IMG/VR virus record: IMGVR_UViG_3300033144_004933
Location: 1 to 60,814 of that record
Reading direction: 5' to 3' (one strand)
From: a virus
Taxonomy: Duplodnaviria; Caudoviricetes
Length of the DNA stretch: 60,814 nucleotides
Shown: piece after piece, positions 20,901 to 29,900 of the stretch
How the letters are laid out: each line of letters starts with the position of its first letter
How positions within the stretch are numbered: the stretch's first letter is position 1
Made by a program: the position numbers and the translations under genes
The notes under the pieces: model-generated
The model's input: only the letters and a program-made list of their open reading frames with translations
Database searches by the model: none
What the model was told of the DNA's origin: nothing

Positions 20901-23900
20901 ATCCTGACCATACTATAGAAGAAGACAAATTTCTGGACTCTGTTCTAATGGAACAAGTAGAAGACGAAGAGGGTGGAGAAGTAGAGAAAAAAATGAGTGA
21001 TGAGGAATGGTATGAGGGAGAAACTATAGCAGATCTCATAGCCAGAGTAGGAAAGAAACAAGCTCTTTCTAATCTTAAAAAGGTTCATAAAGCTTTTACA
21101 GCAGCACTAGAAGAATTAGGGAAGACACATAAGACCATAACAGAAGAGGAAGAAAAACATAAATATAATGCCCGTGCCCTATCTCTTCTCGAACAAATAG
21201 AAGAAATAAGTAAAGCAATAAAAGAACTAGAAAATGCTAGTAAGGCTCCTCAAGATAATAACAAACAAACAGATGAAACTATTAATAAAGGACCAAGAAC
21301 TTTTGGTCCTCAGCCTACAAAGAAATCTACAGATTTACCAACTTCTTTTGAATCTAAACAGGCTTTTCATTTAGCCTATGTGTCTAGCAATGACCCCCTA
21401 CATCCGGGATCTGCAAAGGATGGATTTTATAATGAAGTATTAACTAAGTTATTAGAAGATCCAGATTGGAAGGCTGCAGGAGTAAGGGTAGTATATGAGG
21501 TAGACTTGCCTAAAGAAGATACTCCAACAATGAAGGCCTTTATGGTAAAAAATAAAGAAAAAGTAAAAGGCCTAACAAATAAGGTAATAAATAAAGAAAA
21601 GATTACAGATGAAGAAGCAGGGAGACTAACTATCAGAGTAGTATTTTTAAATGAAGATGGGACAGAAATGAAGAAGGACGGAGAAATAGTCAGAGCTTGG
21701 CTACATGATTCCGAACATCCAATGATAACTAGAAATGAGAGCAAAGAAGAGATACAGGGGTTAAAACAATTTATCTACAATCACTATAGAGAAGGAAATA
21801 AGGTAGGAGGCAGTTTATTAGGATATAGCCATCCTGGGCACTTAAAGGGAGGACCTAATTATAAAACAGATGCGGGGACTAATACAGCATCTGGAAATGT
21901 AAAAATAATACCAAAATATGGGCCTGCGGGAATAGCATATGCTAAAGCAAATAATGCCATATACTCTTTAAGAAGAAAAAATACTCAAAATCATTTTGGA
22001 AATCCTTTTGTTTCACTTACAGATGACCAAGGTAAAAAAAGAAATCAGGAAAATTATGAAAAAACAGCACAAGAGGGAGAGCTAGTGTGGGTAGATTCTG
22101 GTGAAGAATCCGTAAAAAATTACAGGGAGTGGCTTACTACCGATAAATATGATGGGCAGTCTGAAGCATGGGATAAAAGAAAAAAATGGATTTTAGCACA
22201 AATAGCGTCCGGGAAGTTAAAAGGTAAGACTATAATGTATTACAAAGAATTAGGACGACTTTCCCATGCTAATGTCTTAGATGAGCTAATTAATGGAGAA
22301 ATAGATAGAAGACAGTCCCCAGAGTTTATTCCTGTGATAGAAGCCTTAGGAACTACAAACCTGGAACTCGCTATAAGAGATGAGACTGGGGCATTAGTAA
22401 GTGGGTATAAAAAAGATTCAAAGCAGAAAGTAATAATTGAAAAATTAAGACATGCTGCAGACCCTAATAAACTTATAGGAGGAGTATATACCCCTGTGCA
22501 AATGTCAGATGGTAGTTGGTTACCCCATAGGCTACAAGCTTCTACTCTTACAGCAGAGGAGGCAGAGCTAATATATATGCTATATGCTAATCTGTTTAGT
22601 GGAGCAAATTATGGAGATAATATTAGTCCTGGAGTAATTAAGTTCATAACAGAACATAAAAACCCAGTAATAAACGGATTAGCAAAAGTATTTGATTTAA
22701 ATGATACAAACTATGACCAATTGAGAGACTTCTTTTTGTTATCAGGAAGAAAGAGGTTTGATAAAACTAATCCTAAAACAAGTATATTCTTTTCCCCTCA
22801 CGGGAATCAAATTAATTATGCTGGATTTATAAAAGAAGGGAAAGTTGCTTATAACTATATGAATAAACAGAACTTCCAGCAAAAAGATGTAAAAAAGAGA
22901 TTCATAGACAACTTAATGCTTAGAACAAGAAATATAACTTTAAGCACAATAAATAAAAAGGGAACCAATGCCCATCTTTTGGGAAACGGACTCTTATTAA
23001 GTGATTTAAGAGCTCCTGAAGGTCCTTCAACTGTTTCTTATCAGCCTACTGTTGCTTTAAATAGTAATGTATCTGTAGAGGGCTCTAAGACATCTAAGCC
23101 TCCTGTTTCTACAGAAAAAGCTCCTATATTAACTGTATATCAAGGAATAAAAGGGAAAAAAGAAAATAGGGACTTTAATTACTATACTTTAAGTAAGGAG
23201 GAAGCAAAAACTTACGGGGAAGTATCAGAGTATCAAATTAATACTGCTGGATTTTTAACAGGAAATACAGATTTGTATTGGGAGTTAATGAATGAATTTG
23301 AAGAAGATTCAGGAAAAAGATTTGATATTCTTGATTCCACTCCTGGCGGATTAAAACACCAGGCTAAGTTTTTTACTTTTTTAAAAGAAAAAGGATATAA
23401 AGGGTTAAATCTAATACCAGAGGGGGCAAAACCAGGAGTAGGAGAGAATCAATATATAGTTACCTTCTTTCCCGCTTTATCTACTAAGCAAAGAGATAAC
23501 CTAGTTTATTTAACTATGAGCAGTAATTCTTATGAAGATGCTAAAAAAAGACATGAAGCTGGTCAAGACCCCACTAAAAAAGAAATTGATGAAGGGAAAC
23601 AATTATTTGATTTATTAACAGAGGAAGAAAAAAATATTATTGGAAGTGGTGAAGCTTCAATGGAGTTTTGGGAGAAATTAAATGCAGATATAGGTCCTCG
23701 TTTTGAACAACAACCAACAGCTCCGGGAACTCAAACTAAAATAGATTTTGATACTAATCTTCCAGATACACCATCAAATGATGAAAATCCTTTTCAAAAG
23801 CAAATTCCTTATGTTGAAAATATTGCCAATCCCGCCCAGAAAAGAGATTATGAATCTTACATGCCGGATGGAGAAACTGAATCAATAGCAGTAGAAAAAG

Positions 23901-26900
23901 TACTTAAGAAGATAAAAGAACAAAGTACTGACCCCTTCTTGTTAGAAATGATAAAATTTCTAGAGGACAAGCGTTTTGATGTTTTCTCAGAATTTCCTTT
24001 GTTAATGTATACTAGGAATTCTGAAGAAATAGCAGCTATTAATAATTTACTAAAAGCAAATCCAGAAGTTAATGCAAAAACAATTGAAAAGCTTAAAAAA
24101 CATGTTCCGGCTTACTATGATACTGATAGAAATCATATAGTTATTAATAAGGATACTTTGCCTTATATGACTTTGAATGAAATTCATAAAACAATAGTAC
24201 ATGAGGTTTGGCATGCAGTTACTGCAGTTCCATTTACAAAGAAAAGAGCAGATAGAAACGCTGCTGAAAGAGAATTCGTAGATGCCATAGCCGGACTTTA
24301 CAGGATATTTAAAGACAAGAAATTTGATTTTAAAAGAGCTCAGGAGACTTATGGCTTTAAAACTCCTCATGAGTTTATGGCAGAAGTTATGAGCAATCAA
24401 TACTTCAGAGATGAGATAGCTAAAGAGTATCCCCCAAATTTCCTACAAAGAATGTGGAATGCTATAATGAAGTTTTTAAAGCTTCCTAGTAGACAAATAG
24501 GAATGCTTTTTAAGATAGAAAATACAATTAAAAAATTTGTAGATAAATCTCAAAAGTTCCCTCCCCAAGTACAAAGCGAGCTAACAAAAAGAATAATTTT
24601 AAAAAAGATACTTAGTCCTGCAGATAGACCCCTTAATCATTATTCAGATGATGATTTAGAAGAAATTACAGGAGCAATGACTTACATACTTATAGATGCT
24701 GCTAAAATAACAGACCTGGATAGTATTAAAAACATAAAAACACAATTTAAAGAAGATGAAAATGGACATAATAAAATATTCAGGGTACTGAATAATATTA
24801 GAATAGGTCATAACAATTCTGGAAATCAGGACATGGCCCAAAAATTTGCAAATATTCTATCACAAGAAGAGTTTCCTTATTTCATGGAAAGAGTTAAAAA
24901 TAACTTAGCAGAATATGGATTAAGAGAGAGATTAAGCAAACAGGAGGAAGAAGATAAAGCCGCAGGACTAGGAATTACCCCCTCATGGGAAACTAATCTA
25001 AAAGATAACGCTACTTCAAACACCAAATTAAGAGTAGCTTTTAATCCTATAGTAGCTGAAGTAACAGAAGAAGAAGGCAAAAGAACTTACAAATATGAAA
25101 AAGGACAGTATCTAGGCCTCTTCAAATTTGGAGATTTTAATGAGACTTGGAAGATACTACAGAAAGAACTTTCTGGAATAGTATCTACTAATAAGGAAAG
25201 AGATGTAATGAAAAAAATGAGAAACCGCTTAAATTGGTTAGCATTTTATGATAAATCTCTTTATAAATTAGTAGACTTTTTTGATGATCAGTCAATCAGT
25301 AATTTTAAAAAGGTTCAATTCCATAATGCTTTTAGTAAAACAAGATTAGCATATACCTCTACTTTTTTCAGACGGGTAGAAGATGGGACATATTCTTTTA
25401 ATATTGGAAGCTCAGATTCAGCTTCTGCTGAGAATAGATTATTAGCTACTTGGGAAGATAACTTCTTGTTTAAGTACACAAAAGCAGATAATGACCAAAT
25501 ACTGCATTTAAATATACCCAAGCTTCAAAAAGTATATGATAAATACCTTCAAGTTAAAGAGGAGATAAGGCAGATTGGTAAGAAAATGGAAACTAATCCG
25601 GATGCATATACCTATGAAGATTTAACAAAAGAACTAGATAAACTTTCCGAAGTACTACAGGAAACGGGTATGCAGATTTCAACCAAAGCTCTGACTTTAT
25701 TTATACGAGAAAATTTTGATGAGAATTTTGGAACAGGTCTTTTACATCTTATAACAGAGCCTTTAGCTAGAGTGTATGATTCTAATACCGGTAATACAGT
25801 TAAAAGACTATTAAACGGAAGTGCCGTTTTTGCTTATCAGCAGGAAGATAGTGCTTATACTGATTATAATACTCCTATGGCTAAAGAGCCTAAATTTAAT
25901 ACTCTTTTGCCCTCAGTGTTATTCTTTTCTAAAGATAACTATGAGAATATGATTCTAGGACAAAAAGGAAGTAAATATTGGCTCTATTCCCATCATGACT
26001 TTATAACCAAATCTGTTGCAGAATGGTTAGAAGAATCTGATAATCCAGAAAAATTACAACAATTAGCTTCTCTTCCTTTTTACCAGAATTCAAGGCTAGT
26101 ACAAGAGCTTATCAGTAGTCCAGATAAACTAAAAAACTTTAAACTACATCACTATAATAATTTTAAAGATACCGAAGATCCTTCTAAGGATGATGGCTAT
26201 ACAGAAATGAAAAAGCCAGATGATAGGGCAGATAGATATAATCGGACTATGAGAGGAACAGCTCCTTTTATGAATACTGCAGATAAGTCCAGGCATTTAA
26301 ATTTTAGCGGGGTAGGATTTAAAAAGACTAAAATTCTCTTCCAAGAAGATGGTAGTTATGATTTTCAAAGTAACACAACTGCTAAACAATCTGTAGAACA
26401 AGTAATTGGGTATTTAATAGATGAGATAAATGCTACAAGAGTAGCATTTTCTCAGTTATTTTCTGAAGATCCTATTCCTAGATCAGAACATGTAGTATAC
26501 TACCATTACCAATTAGATTCAAATACTGGAGAAAGAATCTACAAGGATAAGAACGGATTTCCGGTAGGAAATGCTTTTAAATTTTATACTTTCCCTGAAC
26601 TTAACTACTATAATGAAAAAGGAGAAGTATCTAATAGTGCAGATATATTCATGGAGGCTACTCCCGGCAAACCATATGTTATAAATGAAGAATATATCAG
26701 GACCGAAATTAATGAAGAAACAAATAAGGAAACGCTTATAGTAGAACCTAGCTTTTTTGATAAAATAAGACCTATTGCAGAGAAAAGTTTATCAGAAAGG
26801 GTAACTAATGCTGTAGATAAAGGTATAGAAGATGGTATAATAACTACCCAAGTGATAGATGGGGGTATGGTAAAGATAGATACAGGTCGTCTTGAAGATA

Positions 26901-29900
26901 TAGTAATAGATTCTAATGAATATAGCAAATTAGAATATGCTAAACTATACCAAGCCAGTGAGCAAGAAGCTCTTAGGAATTTAATGATGGATATCACCTT
27001 CAATTCTATTGTAAATAATATTGAACTTACTAAATTGTTTATAGGAGACCCTAGATTCTATAAAAATTTAGCAGATGTTAAAAAAAGAATTCCTGCAACT
27101 ATAGCTAATGGACAAGATTTAGCCATTTATCGAGATATGAACAATGAATGGGTAGTACCTCCTCATTATACACAGGCCACAGTTGCTAATGTAATCAGGC
27201 CTTCAGAATATTATGGACAAGAGGGATACGCAGACCTTATAGCAGAAGTAACAGGCTCTACTGTAGCAGAAGCTGAACAGCTCATAGAAGCTTATAAAGA
27301 AGTAAATGTTACAGATGCACAAGCCTGGATAACTTTAGATAGGGCAATCCAGATATATAAAGGATTAGGAAAATGGACAGATGCCCATGACGCTGCTCTT
27401 CCTGCAATAATAGATGGCACTGCAGATTTTCAAGAGTTAAGTTTATTCCTACAACCTATTAAAGGAGTTCATTATGAATTAAGAATAGAGAATGGAATGG
27501 CTATCCCCTCTTATTCAAAATACTCTCAAGCTATACTTTTACCTTCTTTGATAAAGGGCACTCATCTGGAAAATCTACTTGAAGCAATGCAAAATGAAGA
27601 CCAGCTCACTGACGAGGTCATAGTATTAGATGGTGTAAAAGTAGGAGCTACTGACATAGCTAATTGGTTTAATAAAGATACTTATGATATCAATGCTGCA
27701 GAAGATATTGTTCTTCATCCTGTAACATTAGATAATAGGTATTGGAAATTACAACAAGATTTATCTCCTCATGGATTAGGTCCTTCTCTAGTAGGATCAC
27801 AGGTTAAGAAGACAATGACTGCTAACATCGCACTAGATGATGATTACGGAGATGGTTGGACAGGTAGGGATGTTATACGAGCAGCTTATGATGTAGATAT
27901 GACTCTTTCAAATAGAGGAAGAGACTTCTTATTAAAAGAACTTGTTTATGATGAGAATACAGGCAAAATAAGTAAAGATAAGATTTATGAATTAATACTA
28001 GAAGAATCAAAAACTGATCCTTTCTTTTATAGAGAGGCTTTAGAAGAAAGAATTGATTTTGATGCCTTACCCCAATATGTTAAGAAAATAGAAAGCAGAC
28101 TATCTGCTCTTGTTACCGCAAGAACAACTAAGCTTAAACAATTAGGAGGAGCTTACGTTCAAGTTTCAAATTTTGGATTTGATATTAAAGAAAGCACTAA
28201 GTTGCCTGATAATATCAAGCAAGGAATAAAATGGTTGAAAGGCAAGGAGCCTTTAAAACCAATGAGAATAGAAAAAGACGAAGTAAAGCCCGGACAGTTT
28301 CTTTTACCTCATAAAATGTTGAAGGAAATAGAGGGATGGGAGAATATGACCGGGGAAGAAATTGCTAAAAAAATAGATCCGGAAGTACTTATAGCAATAG
28401 GATATAGAATTCCTAACCAAGCTAACTCTTCCAATGATGTAGGAGAAATAGTAGGATTTTTACCAGAAGCTGTAGGGGATGCTGTAGTAGTTTATAACGA
28501 GATTACCACTAAAACAGGTTCTGACTTTGACATTGATAAAATGTTCATGATGTTACCTGAATATGAAAAAGATGAAAATGGTAACATTGTTAAAGTTCAA
28601 TACTTAGATGAAAGTAATTCTACTCTAAAGGAAAGAATCAAAGTATTTGCTCCTACTACCCCAGAAGCGGCAATGATTAGAAAATCCTATAGGAAAGAGT
28701 TTGAAGACTTATATGAAAGAAGGAAACAGCATAGGGACAAGCAAACACAAAAGATAAATGCACTAAAAGAAAAGAAGAAACTACAAGAACAAGATATTGA
28801 TGAGTTATGGAGTACTGAACAAGAAGAACGAGATTATATTAAAACCTTAAAAGCAGAACTAAAAGAATTAAGAAAAGAAAAAAAACACTTAGGAACAAGT
28901 GCTTCTGAGTCTAAAGAATACAAAACAGTATCTGGTAACATTACAAATATAGAAGAAGAAATAGCAGAAAGATATGCAATATTAAAAGGATATGAAGATT
29001 TAAGAGCTTCCATAGGAGAAACTAAGCTCAAAAAGACAGACGTTGATAAAGAATATGAAACTAAGTCAGAACAAATTCGCCTATTTAAAGAAGAAAAACA
29101 AGCATTAAAAGACAAGATGCAAGAAGAGATTGAAGCTATTATTGATGAAGAAAAATTTGCAAGATTGCCTATGTTGGAACAGAATACAGATTTAGCTCTT
29201 CATAACAGGAGAATAGATGTGTGGAGAAGAATACTGCTAAACAAAAACAAATACTTAGAAGTAACAGCTCCTTTAGATGGTCCCGGCACTATTACTGAAC
29301 AGGTTAAAAATCAGATAAAGGAACTATTCCCAGAGAAAGCTCTAGGAAACTTAGAATTCTTTTCTTTAGAAAATCAGCTGGAAGACAAACATTCCTTTTT
29401 AGGAGGAAAATTTGGAATAGGAGTAACTGCTAATCAATTAGTAGATCATTCTCTTACTCAATTCTCAAAACAATTTCTAAAATTAAAATTGGGAATAGGA
29501 CACGCAGATGAAGATGGGTACATGGATTTATCTCAGCTATATGACGTAGACCACAGTACCGGAGAAACGAAAAATTTAATAATAGGGGCTATAGCAGCCT
29601 ACCTAAATGCTTACGTAGACATTGCTAAAGACAACTATATTACTCGGGGAAATCATAATCTAATAACTGCTAATACAGTTTTTATGCTCCTAAGGGCTGG
29701 AGTACCTTTTAAATTTGTGAATGCTTTTATAGCCCAACCTATCCTACAAGCTTATGTCCAATTAACAGAAAAAGACCAGGCTACTGTAACAGAAAGAGAA
29801 TTTGATCAGGAGGGAAGAAATGTAAGTGTATTGAGACAGACTCTCAATCTCTTTGGAGGTCAAATGTATAACAGAGATGACTTGCCCACTCTTAATTTAG

